A DNA stretch of 62,426 nt from Burkholderiales bacterium (GCA_035652275.1 DASREB010000356.1:1-62426); one strand, 5' to 3'. Positions 38,062 through 50,770 are shown, numbered from the stretch's first letter. The notes: generated by a model from the sequence alone, not told the origin. Program-made: numbers and translations.

Positions 38062-38118
38062 CCGCGGGAGTCTTCTTCCCGTCTCCAGTAGTTCGAGGCT
38101 GCCAAATACAGCTCAAGG

Positions 38119-39534
38119 CTAGCGCTGTGGCAATTCCTCCGCGCTCCAGCCGCCGCCGAGCGCCCGGATCAGGCCGACGGCGGCGGTGAGCCGCCGGCCG
38201 AGCACGTTCACCGCGGCGCTCTGATTGTTGTACGCGGTGGTCTGCGCCGTAATGACGTTGAGGTAGCTCACCACGCCCTGCTGGTATTGGTTGATGGTCA
38301 AGTCCAGCGCATGCCGCGCCGACTGCACCACGTCTTCCTGCAGCGCCGCCTCCTGCTCGAGGATGCGCAGCGCCGCGAGGTTGTCCTCGACGTCCTGGAA
38401 CGAGGCGAGCACGGTCTGGCGGTAGGTGGCGACCTGCGCGTCATAGGCGGCCGCCGCCTGCTCACTCGCGGCGCGCCGGGCGCCGGCGTCGAACAGCCCC
38501 TCGGCCGCCGCGGCGCCGAGCGACCAGAAGCGGCTCGGCGCGCTGAAGAGATTGGCAAGCGTTTGGGCGCGGAAGCCGGTCGATGCGGTGAGCGTGAGCG
38601 TCGGGAAGTAAGCGGACTTCGCGACACCGATCTGCGCGTTTGCCGCCGCCATCGCGCGCTCGGCGGCGGCGATGTCCGGCCGCCGCTCGAGGAGCTCGGT
38701 GGCGAGCGCCACCGGCACATCCGGCACCTTCAAGGTAAGGTCGGCCGGCGCGAGCGCGAAATTCGCCGGCGGCTCGCCGACCAGCATGGCGATCGCATGC
38801 TCGAGCTGCGCGCGATTGACGCCGACGTCGATCAGCTGCGCCTGCGCGCTTTTCAGCTGCACCTCGGCCTGCACCACGTCGACGCGCGCCACGACTCCAG
38901 CCTTGTAGCGGTTTTGCGTGAGCTCGAGCGAGCGCTGGTAGGCCTGCACCGTCTCCTCCAGTAAACGTCTAGTGGTGTCGGCCACCCGCAGCGCAAAATA
39001 ATCCTGCGCCAGCGTCGCGCGTGCCGAGAGGCGCGCGCCCTCGAGGTCCGCGGCGCTCGCCTGCCAGCTCGCTTCCTGCGATTCGATGTTGCGGCGGATA
39101 TGACCCCAGAGGTCGACCTCCCACGCCGGGACCGTCAGGCCGACGTTGTAGTTGTTGACCGCGCCGGTGGCGAAGTTCGGCTGGTTCGAAAGCGATGGCG
39201 CTTTGCTGCGCGTGACCGAGCCGGTGGCGTTGACGTTCGGGAAGAGGCTCGCACGCGCCTGATCGGCGACCGCGCGCGCCTGGCGCACGCGCGCCTCGGC
39301 TGCCCGAATATTCTGGTTCGAAATGTCGACGCGCTTCATCAGCGCGTCGAGCTCCGGATCGCCGAACACCGTCCACCAGGAGCCCCGCGGCAGCGCGTCG
39401 CGCGGCTGGGCGGTATGCCAGCCTTCGAGCTCCTTATAGGTCGCCGGCACCGGCGCCTCCGGCCGGTGATAGTCCGGCCCGACCGCGCAGCCCGCCAGGG
39501 TGAGGCAAGCGAAAACCAAAATCCGGTTTTTCAT
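38119..39534 (-). CDS. RND efflux outer-membrane factor lipoprotein, NodT family
   Basis: Lipobox [12 protein letters not shown]. Two OEP repeats. 471 aa. Its start overlaps the mdtC stop by 4 nt. Confidence 0.85.
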   Translation of the reverse strand: MKNRILVFACLTLAGCAVGPDYHRPEAPVPATYKELEGWHTAQPRDALPRGSWWTVFGDPELDALMKRVDISNQNIRAAEARVRQARAVADQARASLFPNVNATGSVTRSKAPSLSNQPNFATGAVNNYNVGLTVPAWEVDLWGHIRRNIESQEASWQASAADLEGARLSARATLAQDYFALRVADTTRRLLEETVQAYQRSLELTQNRYKAGVVARVDVVQAEVQLKSAQAQLIDVGVNRAQLEHAIAMLVGEPPANFALAPADLTLKVPDVPVALATELLERRPDIAAAERAMAAANAQIGVAKSAYFPTLTLTASTGFRAQTLANLFSAPSRFWSLGAAAAEGLFDAGARRAASEQAAAAYDAQVATYRQTVLASFQDVEDNLAALRILEQEAALQEDVVQSARHALDLTINQYQQGVVSYLNVITAQTTAYNNQSAAVNVLGRRLTAAVGLIRALGGGWSAEELPQR

Positions 39535-42500
39535 GCCGCTGCCTCCGCCGGCCGGCGGCGCACGTTACGCATCCACCAGTTGTTGAAGCGGTCGACGTAG
39601 AGATAGACCACCGGCGTGGTGTAGAGGGTGAGGAGCTGGCTCAAGATCAGGCCGCCGACGATGGCGATGCCAAGCGGCTGCCGCAGCTCGGCGCCATCGC
39701 CGCGCTGGATCACGAGCGGCAGCGCACCGAGGAGCGCCGCCATCGTCGTCATCATGATCGGCCGGAAGCGCAGCAGGCACGCCTCGTAGATCGCCTGCTG
39801 CGGCGCCATGCCGCCACGCTCGCGCTCGAGCGCGAAGTCGACCATCAGGATGGCGTTCTTCTTCACCAGGCCGATCAGCAGGAACACCGCGATCAGGGCA
39901 ATGACCGTGAACTCCGCCTTGAACGCGAGCAGGGCGAGAAGGGCACCCAGACCCGCGGATGGCAGCGTCGAGAGGATGGTCAGCGGGTGGACGGTGCTCT
40001 CGTAGAGCATGCCGAGCACGATGTACATGGTCAGGATCGCCGCCAAGATGAGCCAGGGCTGGCGCGCCAGCGTGGTCTGGAATGAGCGTGCGGTGCCCTG
40101 GAAGGAGCCATAGACGGTCGCCGGCACGCCGATGCGCGCCATGGTGTCGTCGATCGCCGCGGCGGCTTGCGAGAGCGAGACGCCCTCTGGCAGGTTGAAG
40201 GAGATGGTCGAGGCGGCGAACTGGCCTTGGTGGTTTACCGAGAGCGGCGCGTTGGAGTAGTCGTAGTGCGCCACGGCGGCGAGCGGCACGGCGCCGTTCG
40301 GCGTCCGGATGTAGACGTCCTTCAGTGCTTCCGGGCCCTGGGCGTAGCGCGGATCCACCTCCATCACTACGCGATACTGGTTGCGCTCGGTGTAGATGGT
40401 GGAGACCACGGATTGGCCGAAGGCGTTGCCGAGCGTCTGATCGATGGTGTCCGGCGTGACGCCCATGCGTGCGGCGGTGAGCCGATCGATCACCACCATT
40501 GCCTGCAGGCCGCGCGTCTCCTGGTCGCTGGTCACGTCGGCGAGCTGCGGCACGCTCATCAGCGCGTTCTGCAGCCGCACGGTCCACTGGCGGAGCGCAT
40601 CGAGGTCGTCGCTCTGCAGCGTGTACTGGTAGGTGCCGCTCGCTTGCCGGCCGCCGACGCGCACATCCTGCACCGGCACCAGGAACACGTTGACGCCGGG
40701 CAGGTGCGCAAACTGCGGCCGCAGGCGCGCCACCACCGCCCCGGCCGAGGGACGTTCGCGGATCGGCTTCAGCTCCATGAACATGAAGCCCGAGTTGCGC
40801 GCGCCGAAGCCGCCGCCCGTAACGCCGGTGACGCTGGTGACCGCCGGGTCGGAGCGCAGCACGTTCACGATCTGCACCATCTTCTCCTGCATCGCCTGGA
40901 ACGAGGTGGTCTGATCGGCGCGGATGAAGCCGATCAGGCGCCCGGTGTCCTGCTGCGGGAAGAAGCCCTTCGGCATCGCGATGTACAAATAGATGTTCAG
41001 GCCTACCGCCACGGCCAGCACCGCGACCATCACCAGCCGATGGCGGAGCGCCCAGCCGAGGCTGCGCGCATAGCGGCTGCGCATCGCATTGAAGAGGCGT
41101 TCGCTCGCCTCATAGAGGCGCCCATGCTTCGGCGGCCGCGACGAGAGCAGCCGTCCGCACATCATCGGCGTAAGCGTGAGTGAGGCGACGAGCGAGACGA
41201 GGATGGCAAACGACAGGGTCATCGCGAACTCGCGGAAAAGGCGCCCGACGATATCGCCCATGAAGAGGATCGGGATGAAGACGGCGATGAGCGAAAGGCT
41301 CATCGACACCACCGTGAAGCCCACCTCGGCGGCGCTGGTGAGCGCCGCCTGCATCGGCGTCATGCCCTCCTCGATGTGGCGCGTCGCGTTCTCGAGCACC
41401 ACGATGGCGTCGTCCACGACGAAACCGGTGGCGACGATGAGCGCCATCAGCGACAGGTTGTTCAGGCTGAAGCCCGCGAGATACATGAAGCCGAAGGTGG
41501 CGATGATCGAGACCGGCACCGCGGCCGCTGGAATCAGGGTCGCGCGCACACGCCGCAGGAAGGCAAACACCACCAGGATGACGAGCGCGACGGCGATGAT
41601 CAGCGTCTTTTCCACCTCGGAGAGCGAGGCGCGGATGGTGGAGGTGCGCTCCATCGCCACGCCGAGCTCGGCGCTTGCCGGGATCGACGCCTGCAGGAAA
41701 GGCATGACATCGCGCACGCGCTGCACCGTCTCGAGGATGTTGGCGTTCGGCTCGCGGTTGATGATGATCAGCACGGCCGGCCGGCCGTTCGCCTCGCCGG
41801 CGTTCCTCACGTCCTGCACCGAGTCGACGACGTCCGCTACATCGCCGAGGCGCACGGCGGCGCCATTCTTGTACGAGACGATGAGCGGCAGGTAGTCCGC
41901 CGCCTCGTTCGCCTGGTCGTTGGCGTAGATCCACCAGACGCGATCCGCGTTCTCGACGAGCCCTTTCGGCCGGTTGGCATTCGCGTTGGCGAGCGCGGTG
42001 CGTACGTCGGAAAGCGCAATGCCGTACGCGTTCAGCGCGGTGGGGTTGAGCTCCGCGCGCACCGCGGGCAGCGCGCTGCCGCCGACCGTGACCTGGCCGA
42101 CGCCGCGCACCTGCGAGATTTTCTGCGCCACCACGGTGGAGGCCCAGTCGTACATCTGGCCGCGCGGCAGCGTGTCGGAGGTGAGCGTGAGCACCATGAT
42201 CGGCGCATCCGCCGGATTCACCTTCCGGTAGGTCGGGTTGTTCGGCATGCCCGATGGCAGCTGGCTGCGCGCCGCATTGATCGCCGACTGCACTTCGGTC
42301 GCCGCGTCGTTGATGTTGCGGCTGAGATCGAACTGCAGCGTGATGCGCGACGAGCCGAGCGAGGACGACGACGTAATCTCCGTCACCCCGGCGATGCGAC
42401 CCAGCGCTCGCTCGAGCGGCGTCGCCACCGTTGAAGCCATGGTCTCGGGATTGGCCCCCGGCAGCGACGCCTGCACCGAAATGGTCGGATAGTCGACCTG

Positions 42501-42614
42501 CGGCAACGGTGACACTGGCAGCTGCGTGAACGCCACTACGCCCGCAAGCACCACGCCGATCGCGAGCAGCGTGGTCGCGACGGGCCGGGCGACGAAAGGC
42601 GCCGAGAGGTTCAC
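39531..42614 (-). CDS. mdtC: RND multidrug efflux permease, MdtC-like
   Basis: 1027 aa. N-terminus [25 protein letters not shown]. AcrB/AcrD/AcrF family layout. Second RND gene in the tandem. Confidence 0.8.
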   Translation of the reverse strand: MNLSAPFVARPVATTLLAIGVVLAGVVAFTQLPVSPLPQVDYPTISVQASLPGANPETMASTVATPLERALGRIAGVTEITSSSSLGSSRITLQFDLSRNINDAATEVQSAINAARSQLPSGMPNNPTYRKVNPADAPIMVLTLTSDTLPRGQMYDWASTVVAQKISQVRGVGQVTVGGSALPAVRAELNPTALNAYGIALSDVRTALANANANRPKGLVENADRVWWIYANDQANEAADYLPLIVSYKNGAAVRLGDVADVVDSVQDVRNAGEANGRPAVLIIINREPNANILETVQRVRDVMPFLQASIPASAELGVAMERTSTIRASLSEVEKTLIIAVALVILVVFAFLRRVRATLIPAAAVPVSIIATFGFMYLAGFSLNNLSLMALIVATGFVVDDAIVVLENATRHIEEGMTPMQAALTSAAEVGFTVVSMSLSLIAVFIPILFMGDIVGRLFREFAMTLSFAILVSLVASLTLTPMMCGRLLSSRPPKHGRLYEASERLFNAMRSRYARSLGWALRHRLVMVAVLAVAVGLNIYLYIAMPKGFFPQQDTGRLIGFIRADQTTSFQAMQEKMVQIVNVLRSDPAVTSVTGVTGGGFGARNSGFMFMELKPIRERPSAGAVVARLRPQFAHLPGVNVFLVPVQDVRVGGRQASGTYQYTLQSDDLDALRQWTVRLQNALMSVPQLADVTSDQETRGLQAMVVIDRLTAARMGVTPDTIDQTLGNAFGQSVVSTIYTERNQYRVVMEVDPRYAQGPEALKDVYIRTPNGAVPLAAVAHYDYSNAPLSVNHQGQFAASTISFNLPEGVSLSQAAAAIDDTMARIGVPATVYGSFQGTARSFQTTLARQPWLILAAILTMYIVLGMLYESTVHPLTILSTLPSAGLGALLALLAFKAEFTVIALIAVFLLIGLVKKNAILMVDFALERERGGMAPQQAIYEACLLRFRPIMMTTMAALLGALPLVIQRGDGAELRQPLGIAIVGGLILSQLLTLYTTPVVYLYVDRFNNWWMRNVRRRPAEAAA

Positions 42615-45600
42615 GCGGCGGGTGCCGCGACGGGGCGCCGGTAGCGGCGCGCGAAGCGGTCGAAGTAGAGATAGATCACCGGCGTAGTGAAGAGCGTCAG
42701 CACCTGGCTGACGATCAGGCCGCCGACCATGGTGAGGCCAAGCGGGTGGCGTAGCTCCGAGCCGACACCCGTGCCGAGCATGAGCGGCAGCGCGCCGAAG
42801 AGCGCCGCGGCGGTCGTCATCAGGATCGGCCGGAAGCGCAGGAGCGACGCCTGGTGGATCGCCTCGCGCGGGCTCTTGCCCTCGTGGCGCTCGGCGTCGA
42901 GCGCGAAGTCGATCATCATGATCGCGTTCTTCTTGACGATGCCGATCAGCAGGATGATGCCGATTACGGCGACGATGCCGAGGTCCTGGCGCGCGAGCAG
43001 CAGCGCGGTGAGCGCGCCGACGGTCGCGGTCGGCAGCGTCGAGAGAATCGTCACCGGGTGGATGTAGCTCTCGTAGAGCACGCCGAGCACGATGTACATG
43101 GTCACCACGGCGGCCAGCACGAGAAGGAGCGTGCTGCCGAGCGACTCCCGGAACGACGCGGCGGCGCCCTGGAACTCCGTCTGCACCGCGACCGGCAGGC
43201 CGATCTCGCGTTCCACACCCTGGATCGCGTCCACCGCAGCGCCGAGCGACGCGCCCGGCGCCAGGTTGAACGAGATGGTCGCGGCCGGGAACTGGCCGAG
43301 GTGGCTGATGGCAAGCGGCGCGGTGCCGGTGCTGATGTGCGCTATGGCATCGAGCGGCACCTGCTGGCCGCCTGAGGAAGCCACATAGATGGTCTTCAGC
43401 GCGTCGGGCGTGAGCCGGAATTCAGGCTTTACTTCCAGCACCACGCGGTATTGCGTTGCCTGCGTAAAGATGGTCGAGATCAACCGCTGGCCGAAGGCGT
43501 TATAGAGCGCCGTGTCGATCGCCATCGGCGTAATGCCGAGGCGCCCGGCGCTGTCGCGGTCGATGTCGACATAAGCCTGCAGCCCCTGGTCCTGGAGGTC
43601 GGAGGCGACGTCGGTGAGCTGCGGCAGGTGCGACAGCCGCTCGACCAGCCGCGGCACCCACTCGGAGAGGAGCTTGCCGTCCGCCGCCGACAGCGTGTAC
43701 TGGTACTGCGTGCGGCTCACGCGATCCTCGACCGTGAGGTCCTGCACCGGCTGCATATAGAGCTTGATGCCCTCGACCTGCGCCACCTCGTTCTGCAGGC
43801 GGCGGATGACGTCGGTGGCATGCATGCCGCGGTCGGAGAGCGGCTTGAGGTTGATGAGCATGCGGCCGCTATTCAGCGTGACGTTGGTGCCGTCGACGCC
43901 GATAAAGGAGGAAAGGCTCGCGACCGCCGGGTCCTGCAGGATGGCGTTTGCCAGCGCCTGCTGGCGTTCGGCCATCGCCGGGAAGGAGATGGTTTGCGGC
44001 GCCTCGGTGATGCCCTGGATGACGCCGGTGTCCTGCACCGGGAAGAAGCCTTTGGGCACCACGAAGTACAGCAGCACCGTGAGCAGCAGTGCCGCCGCCC
44101 AGACGATGAGCGTCGCCGGCTGCCGGTCGAGCACCCAGTCGAGGGCCTGCCCGTAGCGCTCGATCACGCGGTCGAACATGCGGCCTGCGGCGCGCGCGAA
44201 GCGCGATTCGCCTTCCTCGCGCTCGGGGCGCAGCAGGCGCGCGCACATCATGGGCGTCAGCGTGAGCGACACCACGGCCGAGATGAGGATCGCCACGGCC
44301 AGCGTCACGGCAAATTCGCGGAACAGCCGACCCACGACGTCCCCCATGAAGAGCAGGGGGATCAGCACCGCGATGAGCGAGAAGGTGAGCGAGATGATGG
44401 TAAAGCCGATCTGCGCGGAGCCTTTGAGCGCTGCCGCGAGCGGCGGCTCGCCCGCCTCGACATAGCGCGTAATGTTCTCGATCACGACGATTGCATCGTC
44501 GACCACGAAGCCGGCGGCCACCACCAGCGCCATCAGCGTGAGGTTGTTGATCGAGAAGCCCGCGAGGTACATGACGCCGAACGTGCCGATGAGCGAGAGC
44601 GGCACCGCCACGCTCGGGATGAGCGTGGCGCGCAGCTTGCGCAGAAAGATGAAGATCACCGTCACGACGAGAGCGACCGCCAGCAAAAGCTCGATCTGCA
44701 CATCGCGCACCGACGCGCGGATCGTCACGGTGCGATCGGTCAGCACCGCGATGTCGATCGCGGCCGGCATCGCGGCCTGGAGCTGCGGCAACTGCTGCTT
44801 GATCCGGTTCACGACATCGATGACGTTCGCGCCGGGCTGCCGCTGGATGTTGAGGATGACCGCGGGTACCTGGTTCATCCAGGCAGCAAGGCGCACGTTC
44901 TCCGCGCCGTCGACCACGTCGGCGACGTCCGAGACGAAGATCGGCGCGCCGTTCTTGTAGGCGACCACCACGCTCTTGTACTGCGCGGCGGAAGAGAGCT
45001 GGTCGTTCGCATCAATGGTGTAGGCGCGGTTCGGGCCGTCGAGGCTGCCTTTGGCGCGCTTCACGTTCGCCGCCGCGATGGCGCTGCGCACGTCTTCCAT
45101 GCCGAGGCTGTTGGCCGCGAGGGCTTTCGGGTTCACTTGCACGCGCACGGCGGGACGCTGGCCGCCGGAGAGCGTGACGAGGCCGACGCCGGCGACCTGG
45201 GAGAGCTTCTGCGCGAGGCGCGTGTCCGCGAGATTCTGAATGTCGGGCAGCGACATGGTGCGCGAGGAGAGTCCCAGCGTGATGATCGGCGCATCGGCCG
45301 GGTTCACCTTGCTGTAGACCGGCGGCGCCGGCAGATCGCCCGGCAGCAAATTGGAGCCGGCGTTGATCGCCGCCTGCACGCTCTGCTCGGCGGCGTCGAG
45401 TGGCACGGCGAGATCGAACTGCAGGGTGACAACCGAGGCACCGCCCGAGCTCGTCGAGAGCATCTGCTTGAGGCCCGGCATCTGGCCGAACTGCGTTTCG
45501 AGCGGTGCGGTGACCGAAGATGCCATCACCTCGGGGCTCGCGCCAGGATAAAAGGTGAAGACCTGAATCGTCGGGTAGTCGACTTGCGGCAGCGCCGAGA

Positions 45601-45700
45601 TCGGTAGCTGACGGTAGGCGACGAAGCCGGCGAGAAGCACTGCGACCATGAGAAGCGAGGTGGCCACCGGCCGCAGGATGAAAAGCCGTGAGGGGTTCAT
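42611..45700 (-). CDS. mdtB: RND multidrug efflux permease, MdtB-like
   Basis: 1029 aa. N-terminus [25 protein letters not shown] closely resembles the E. coli MdtB N-terminus ([23 protein letters not shown]). Confidence 0.8.
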   Translation of the reverse strand: MNPSRLFILRPVATSLLMVAVLLAGFVAYRQLPISALPQVDYPTIQVFTFYPGASPEVMASSVTAPLETQFGQMPGLKQMLSTSSGGASVVTLQFDLAVPLDAAEQSVQAAINAGSNLLPGDLPAPPVYSKVNPADAPIITLGLSSRTMSLPDIQNLADTRLAQKLSQVAGVGLVTLSGGQRPAVRVQVNPKALAANSLGMEDVRSAIAAANVKRAKGSLDGPNRAYTIDANDQLSSAAQYKSVVVAYKNGAPIFVSDVADVVDGAENVRLAAWMNQVPAVILNIQRQPGANVIDVVNRIKQQLPQLQAAMPAAIDIAVLTDRTVTIRASVRDVQIELLLAVALVVTVIFIFLRKLRATLIPSVAVPLSLIGTFGVMYLAGFSINNLTLMALVVAAGFVVDDAIVVIENITRYVEAGEPPLAAALKGSAQIGFTIISLTFSLIAVLIPLLFMGDVVGRLFREFAVTLAVAILISAVVSLTLTPMMCARLLRPEREEGESRFARAAGRMFDRVIERYGQALDWVLDRQPATLIVWAAALLLTVLLYFVVPKGFFPVQDTGVIQGITEAPQTISFPAMAERQQALANAILQDPAVASLSSFIGVDGTNVTLNSGRMLINLKPLSDRGMHATDVIRRLQNEVAQVEGIKLYMQPVQDLTVEDRVSRTQYQYTLSAADGKLLSEWVPRLVERLSHLPQLTDVASDLQDQGLQAYVDIDRDSAGRLGITPMAIDTALYNAFGQRLISTIFTQATQYRVVLEVKPEFRLTPDALKTIYVASSGGQQVPLDAIAHISTGTAPLAISHLGQFPAATISFNLAPGASLGAAVDAIQGVEREIGLPVAVQTEFQGAAASFRESLGSTLLLVLAAVVTMYIVLGVLYESYIHPVTILSTLPTATVGALTALLLARQDLGIVAVIGIILLIGIVKKNAIMMIDFALDAERHEGKSPREAIHQASLLRFRPILMTTAAALFGALPLMLGTGVGSELRHPLGLTMVGGLIVSQVLTLFTTPVIYLYFDRFARRYRRPVAAPAA

Positions 45701-46938
45701 CCGCTGTCCTTGCTGCGGCGGCCTTTGCCGCTGCCTTTGCCGCCCGACACGCCGCCCGCCGGCGGCGGCTTGATCTCCGGCCGCGCGGAGGCCACCTCGA
45801 CCGCCGCCCCCGGCCGCAGGCGATCCGTGCCGTCGGTCACCACGAGATCGCCGGGCTTGAGCCCTTCTGCGATCGATTGGCGCTGGCCGTCGGCCGGGCC
45901 GAGCTTCACGATGCGAAGGGCCACCGTCTTGTCCGGCTGCACCACGTAGACGAACATGCCTTGCGAGCCGCGTTGCACCGCGGCCGCCGGCACGACGACA
46001 GCGTCGTGCAACGTATCGAGCTTCATCCGCACGTTCACGAACTGCTGAGGGAAAAGCACGCGATCGGAGTTGGCGAAGCGCGCCTTCAGCTTCACGGTGC
46101 CCGTCTGGGGATCGACCTGGTTGTCGGCGGAGGCGAGCATGCCGTCGCCGAGCTTCGCCTTCTGCTCGCGGTCCCAGGCCTCCACCGCGATCTGGTCGCC
46201 GGACTGCAACCGTTTCATCACCGAGGGCAGCAGGTCCTGCGGCACGGTGTAGAGCACGGAGATCGGCTCGAGCTGCGTGATGACGACGATCCCGTTGGCA
46301 TCGCCGGCGTGCACGATGTTGCCGGGATCGACTTGCCGAAGGCCCAGGCGGCCGCTGACGGGCGCAGTGATCCGCGCGTAAGCAAGCTGCAGGCGCGCGT
46401 TCTCGACCTGGCTCGCATCCACGCGCAGCGCGCCCTCGTACTGGCGCACGAGCGAGGCCTGGGTGTCGACCTGCTGCTTGGCGATGGAATCCTGCTGGAA
46501 GAGCGTGTTGTAGCGCTCGAGGTCGAGCTTCGCGTTCTCAAGTAGGGCGCGATCGCGCGCGAGCTGGCCCTCGGCCTGCTGCAGCTGCACCTGGTACGGG
46601 CGTGGATCGATCTCGGCGAGAAGCTGCCCCTCTTTCACGAGCTGTCCCTCGTCGAACAGCACGCGCACGAGCTCGCCGTCGACGCGCGACTTCACCGTTA
46701 CCGTGCGGAGCGGCGTCACCGTGCCGAGCCCGTTGACGATGACGTCGATGTCGCCTTGCGTCGCTGCCGTGGCGACCACCGGGGTTGGGCCGCCGCCCGG
46801 GCCGCCGCGCGCACCGCCTTTGGTGGCGCCGGCCGCGGCGGCGGGCGAAGGCGCCATGCGCCACTGCCAGTAGTAGTAACCGCCGACCGCGAGAGCGGCG
46901 ACGAGCACGATGCCGATGATTGGTTTCTTTAGTTGCAT
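45697..46938 (-). CDS. mdtA: RND efflux membrane fusion (periplasmic adaptor) protein, MdtA-like
   Basis: TM/signal anchor [24 protein letters not shown], then HlyD/MFP coiled-coil and barrel motifs ([20 protein letters not shown]). Start is set at ATG 46938, overlapping the baeR stop. Confidence 0.8.
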   Translation of the reverse strand: MQLKKPIIGIVLVAALAVGGYYYWQWRMAPSPAAAAGATKGGARGGPGGGPTPVVATAATQGDIDVIVNGLGTVTPLRTVTVKSRVDGELVRVLFDEGQLVKEGQLLAEIDPRPYQVQLQQAEGQLARDRALLENAKLDLERYNTLFQQDSIAKQQVDTQASLVRQYEGALRVDASQVENARLQLAYARITAPVSGRLGLRQVDPGNIVHAGDANGIVVITQLEPISVLYTVPQDLLPSVMKRLQSGDQIAVEAWDREQKAKLGDGMLASADNQVDPQTGTVKLKARFANSDRVLFPQQFVNVRMKLDTLHDAVVVPAAAVQRGSQGMFVYVVQPDKTVALRIVKLGPADGQRQSIAEGLKPGDLVVTDGTDRLRPGAAVEVASARPEIKPPPAGGVSGGKGSGKGRRSKDSG

Positions 46939-47594
46939 CAGAGCTCCAACTTGTAGCCCACGCCGTAGATGGAACGCACCAGCTCCTGCCCCGGTCGCAC
47001 GTCCTCGAGCTTGCGGCGCAGATTCTTGACGTGCGCATCCACCGTGCGGTCGGTGACCACCCGATGGTCTGCGTACAGGTGCTCGAGCAGCTTGTCGCGC
47101 GAAAAGACCCGCCCGGGCGTCGAAGCGAGCGCGCGCAGCAGGCGAAATTCCACCGGCGTGAGATCGAGCGGCCGGCCATCGAGCGTCGCGACGTGACGCT
47201 CGTCGTCGAGCGCCAGGCCGTTCACGACCGGCAGGCGGCCGCGGCGCAGGATCGCCTTTACGCGCGCAACGAGCTCGCGGGCGCTGAAAGGCTTGCAGAC
47301 ATAGTCGTCCGCGCCGAGGTCGAGGCCGATCAGACGGTCGATCTCCTCGACGCGCGCGGTCACCATGACGATCGGCACATCGCTGAAGGTCCGCAGTTCG
47401 CGGCAGATATCCAGGCCGTCGCGGCCGGGAAGCATCAGGTCGAGCAGGATAAGGTCCGGCGCATGCGCGCGAACCCACGGAACGACCTCGAGCCCGTTGG
47501 CGATCGAATGCGGCTCGAAGCCCTCGGCGCGCAGGTAATCGGCTTCGAGCGCGGCGAGCTTGGCCTCGTCTTCGACGATGAGGATCTGCTTCAT
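46938..47594 (-). CDS. baeR: OmpR-family response regulator BaeR
   Basis: Near-colinear with E. coli BaeR: ILIVEDE.KL...DYLRA...[45 protein letters not shown]. Confidence 0.85.
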   Translation of the reverse strand: MKQILIVEDEAKLAALEADYLRAEGFEPHSIANGLEVVPWVRAHAPDLILLDLMLPGRDGLDICRELRTFSDVPIVMVTARVEEIDRLIGLDLGADDYVCKPFSARELVARVKAILRRGRLPVVNGLALDDERHVATLDGRPLDLTPVEFRLLRALASTPGRVFSRDKLLEHLYADHRVVTDRTVDAHVKNLRRKLEDVRPGQELVRSIYGVGYKLEL

Positions 47595-48925
47595 GCGGCC
47601 GCCGGCAGCGAGACCGACACCCGCAGGCCGCCGAGCGGTGACGGCGCGGCGGCGATATCGCCGCCGTGCGCCGCGGCGATGCTGCGGCAGATGGCAAGCC
47701 CAAGCCCGCTGCCGCCGTTCGCGCGGCTGCGCGAAGCGTCGACGCGATAGAAGCGCTCGAAGAGCTGCGGCAACGCATCGGGCGGGACGCCGGGCGCAGA
47801 ATCGTCGAACTCGACCACCACACGCTCGCCATCGCGCCGCGCCGCGACGCGCACGCGACCGCCGGGGTCGGTGTAGCGCACCGAGTTCTCCAGCAGGTTG
47901 CGGAAGAGCTGCCGCAACCGGTCGGCGTCGCCGAACACCGGCGCCGCGCCGTTCCAGGCAGTTTCCACTGCCAGCGCGCGCTCGGCGAGCCTGTCGCGAT
48001 GCGAGTCGAGCGCCTGCGCGACGAGCGGCACGACGTCCAGCGTCTGCTTGCGATAGGCGAGGGCGCCGCTGTCGGCAAGCGCAAGCTGGTTGAGATCGTT
48101 CACCAGCTTGCCGAGCGCGCTCACCTCGTTGCGCAGCGACGCGAGCGATTCGCGCGTCAACGGACGCACGCCATCTTCCAGTGCCTCGAGCTCGCCCGAG
48201 AGCACGGCGAGCGGCGTACGCAGCTCGTGCGAGACGTCGGCCATGAAGCGCCGGCGCAACGCTTCATTGCGCTCCAGCGATTCGGCGAGCCGGTTGAAAT
48301 CCTCCGCCAGCCGCCCGAGCTCGTCGCGCGACTGCACGGTGACCCGCGTGTCGTAATTGCCGGCCGCCAGTCGGTGCGTCGCCTGGGCGACGCGCTTCAG
48401 CGGCTGCAGGAAGGCGCGCGCCAGCACGAGCGCGACCAGCGCCGCCACGGCGAGCGCGAGGCCGGCGATGATCCACGAGGCGCGCAGCTGCTGCTGCTGG
48501 AAGGCGAGGTCGGCCGCGGTGGAAATGCGCCGCTCCGGCACGCGCGCGATCCAGCCGACCACGTGATCGTCGACGACGATAGGGCGCGTGGCCGCCTCAT
48601 CGCTCGGCTCGGGATTGCCGACGACCGGACGGCGTTCGGCGTCGAGCAGCGTCAGGCGCTGCGCCGTCTGCGGCGGCGCTGCCAGGGCGCGCAGCCGGCC
48701 ATAGTCGCCCGCGAGCGAGCTCCAGTCGCCGGTGCGCCGATATTCGTCCGCCAGGCGCCCGGCGAAGGCGTCCAGGCTCTGCGACTGCACATGGTTCAGA
48801 TAGCCGAAGAAGCCGGACTGGAACGAAAGGCGCGTGGCGATCGCCATCGCCGCCGCCGCGACAGCGCTCGCCGCCAGGATGGCGAAGAAGAGCTTGAGCG
48901 TGATCCCCGGACGCATCTCGGCCAT
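47591..48925 (-). CDS. baeS: Sensor histidine kinase BaeS-like
   Basis: HAMP domain plus H-box [16 protein letters not shown]-box [10 protein letters not shown]1 DDSAPGVP, G2 [14 protein letters not shown]. Start is at ATG 48925 (or 48916). 4-nt overlap with baeR. Confidence 0.75.
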   Translation of the reverse strand: MAEMRPGITLKLFFAILAASAVAAAAMAIATRLSFQSGFFGYLNHVQSQSLDAFAGRLADEYRRTGDWSSLAGDYGRLRALAAPPQTAQRLTLLDAERRPVVGNPEPSDEAATRPIVVDDHVVGWIARVPERRISTAADLAFQQQQLRASWIIAGLALAVAALVALVLARAFLQPLKRVAQATHRLAAGNYDTRVTVQSRDELGRLAEDFNRLAESLERNEALRRRFMADVSHELRTPLAVLSGELEALEDGVRPLTRESLASLRNEVSALGKLVNDLNQLALADSGALAYRKQTLDVVPLVAQALDSHRDRLAERALAVETAWNGAAPVFGDADRLRQLFRNLLENSVRYTDPGGRVRVAARRDGERVVVEFDDSAPGVPPDALPQLFERFYRVDASRSRANGGSGLGLAICRSIAAAHGGDIAAAPSPLGGLRVSVSLPAAA

Positions 48926-49225
48926 CGTGCGGCGATGGCCGCGAACGTTCAACCCGCCGCCCGCAATGTTCATCGCTTTTTCACAGTTCACCGGCTATAC
49001 TCCGCGTCCCGATGAACCGCTACGCCAACACTGCTGCCTTTTGCTCGTCGCTGCGCGGCGCGGATCGTCGTTCTCCCGTCGTGCCGCTCGGCGGCAAAGA
49101 CTGACCCCGCGGGCCGATCGCCCGCCGGGAGTACGAGGCGGGACGAGAGGCCAAAAGCTCTGACTCTTCCCGTCTCGCGCAATGCGCGACGCGCAGTCGC
49201 GCCTGGGACAGGAAGAAAGAAGAAG

Positions 49226-50503
49226 ATGCTTAACGGATTGTGGCGCAACGCCGATTTCATGCGGCTGTGGACGTCGCTCACCATTACGCATTTCGGCGGC
49301 CAGATTACGCTGCTCGCGCTGCCGCTGACAGCGGCACTTCTCCTCGAGGCGACGCCCTTCGAGATGGGCATCCTCACGGCGCTCGAGTCGGTGCCATTTG
49401 CCCTCTTTGGCTTGTTCGCCGGCGTGCTGGTGGACCGCGCGCCGAAGCTGCCGATCATCGTGTGGGCGGACGTCGCCCGTGGAATCGCACTCCTCGCAGT
49501 GCCAGTCGCGGCATGGGCCGGCGTGCTCTCCATGGGCGTGCTCTATGTCGTCGGTTTCCTGATCGGCACTGGTGCAGTGCTCGGCTGGCCGGCGTACCAG
49601 GTGTTCATGACGGAGCGCGTCGGCCGCGAGCGGCTCGCCGAGGCGAACGCGAAGATCGGCATCAGCGACTCAGCGGCGCAGCTCATCGGCCCTGGCCTGG
49701 CTGGCGCGCTGATCCAGTGGCTGACCGCGCCTTTTGCAATCCTGCTGGATGCGGTGTCGTTCTTCGCCTCGGCGTGGATCCTGCGCGGCATTCCGCCGGG
49801 TGAGAGCGACGCGCCGAAAGTGCGCGCGCGCAGCATTGCAGCGGAGATCCGCGAAGGGCTCGCCGAGATCTGGCACAACACGACGCTCCGCGCGCTCGCG
49901 TGGTCGATCGCCATCTGGCAGCTCTTCCGTCACGCGTATTTCGCCATCGTCGTGCTGTTCGCGGCGCGCGAGCTCGGATTTTCGCCGGGACGCGTCGGAG
50001 CGCTCTGGATGCTGGCGGGACTCGGCACGCTCGCGGCCACCGGAGCGGTGGCGCCGCTCAACCGGCGCTACGGCTTTGGGCCGACCCTGCTCGCCGGCAT
50101 ATTCGGTACCGGAATCGCTTGGCTCGCGCTCGGCGCAATCGGCGGCAGTGTCGCGGTCGCTTCACTGCTATTCGGCTTGGGGCTGGCGCTGCTCGACTTC
50201 AGCGGCATGGTGTTCTTCATCAACTACCTGACGTTGCGTCAGGCGGCGGCGCCGGATGCGCTGCGCGGGCGCGTCATCGCTACGATGATCTGCCTTACTG
50301 TCGCGGCCGGACCGCTCGGCGGATTAGCCGGCGGCTGGATTGCGCAGCATGCGGGACTTCGCGCGCCGATGTTCTTCGCCGGCGCCGGCGCGATCGTGCT
50401 CGTGCTTATCGCGGCGTGGGGCTCGCCGCTGTTGCGGCTGCGCTCGCTCGAGGAAATCGAGCCACGGCGCGTCGAGAGTGTCGCTGAGGAGCTTGCCGGG
50501 TAA
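49226..50503 (+). CDS. MFS transporter (MFS_3/EntS-like family)
   Basis: N-terminus WRNADFMRLWTSLTITHFGGQI...AGVLVDRAPK is typical of the EntS-like MFS clade. About 12 predicted TM segments. Confidence 0.8.
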   Translation: MLNGLWRNADFMRLWTSLTITHFGGQITLLALPLTAALLLEATPFEMGILTALESVPFALFGLFAGVLVDRAPKLPIIVWADVARGIALLAVPVAAWAGVLSMGVLYVVGFLIGTGAVLGWPAYQVFMTERVGRERLAEANAKIGISDSAAQLIGPGLAGALIQWLTAPFAILLDAVSFFASAWILRGIPPGESDAPKVRARSIAAEIREGLAEIWHNTTLRALAWSIAIWQLFRHAYFAIVVLFAARELGFSPGRVGALWMLAGLGTLAATGAVAPLNRRYGFGPTLLAGIFGTGIAWLALGAIGGSVAVASLLFGLGLALLDFSGMVFFINYLTLRQAAAPDALRGRVIATMICLTVAAGPLGGLAGGWIAQHAGLRAPMFFAGAGAIVLVLIAAWGSPLLRLRSLEEIEPRRVESVAEELAG

Positions 50504-50770
50504 CTAGTTCCGTCCACCTCCGGGGCAGCCGCCTGGGGGACAAACGCTCCCGGAGGTCAGGCGCTGCATGGCCTCGTCGTGAGCAGCTTTATCTGCTGTC
50601 ATGACACTGTGTGCGCCCGTATCCTGCTCGCGCAGCGGCAGGCGGCTGCCGGTGAGGTACCGCTCTATGGGTCGGGGTTGCGACACCGAGGCAGTTTGTT
50701 CTTCTGGCGTGGCGCAACCGTATGCCGCTGCGCCGACGCCTACAGCCAGCAAAGCAAGACGCAAGTCCAC
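50504..50770 (-). CDS. Small putative lipoprotein, paralog 1, with TonB-box-like YLTGSRLP motif
   Basis: GTG start 50770 is preceded by AGGAG. Lipobox-like AAYGC. Aligns with paralog 2. C-terminal CPPGGCPGG. Confidence 0.5.
   Translation of the reverse strand: MDLRLALLAVGVGAAAYGCATPEEQTASVSQPRPIERYLTGSRLPLREQDTGAHSVMTADKAAHDEAMQRLTSGSVCPPGGCPGGGRN

Noticed and set aside
43451-45607. A 718-aa plus-strand ORF inside mdtB, with similar ORFs inside mdtC, coxL and MCD (40167-41183, 41376-42434, 12218-13486, 6332-7813).
   Set aside because: They are antisense to unambiguous conserved genes and have Arg/Asp/His-rich nonsense composition.
48974-48993. A possible BaeR box (CTTTTTCACAGTTCACCGGC) and a TATACT -10-like hexamer in the baeS/MFS divergent region, plus small hairpins in the roughly 230-nt MFS leader (for example GCGCGAC-GCGCA-GTCGCGC near 49178-49196).
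   Set aside because: It resembles the E. coli BaeR consensus only partially (the TTTTTC...GGC ends). The hairpins lack T tracts and match no riboswitch I recognise. Support is too weak without a matrix scan or Rfam search.
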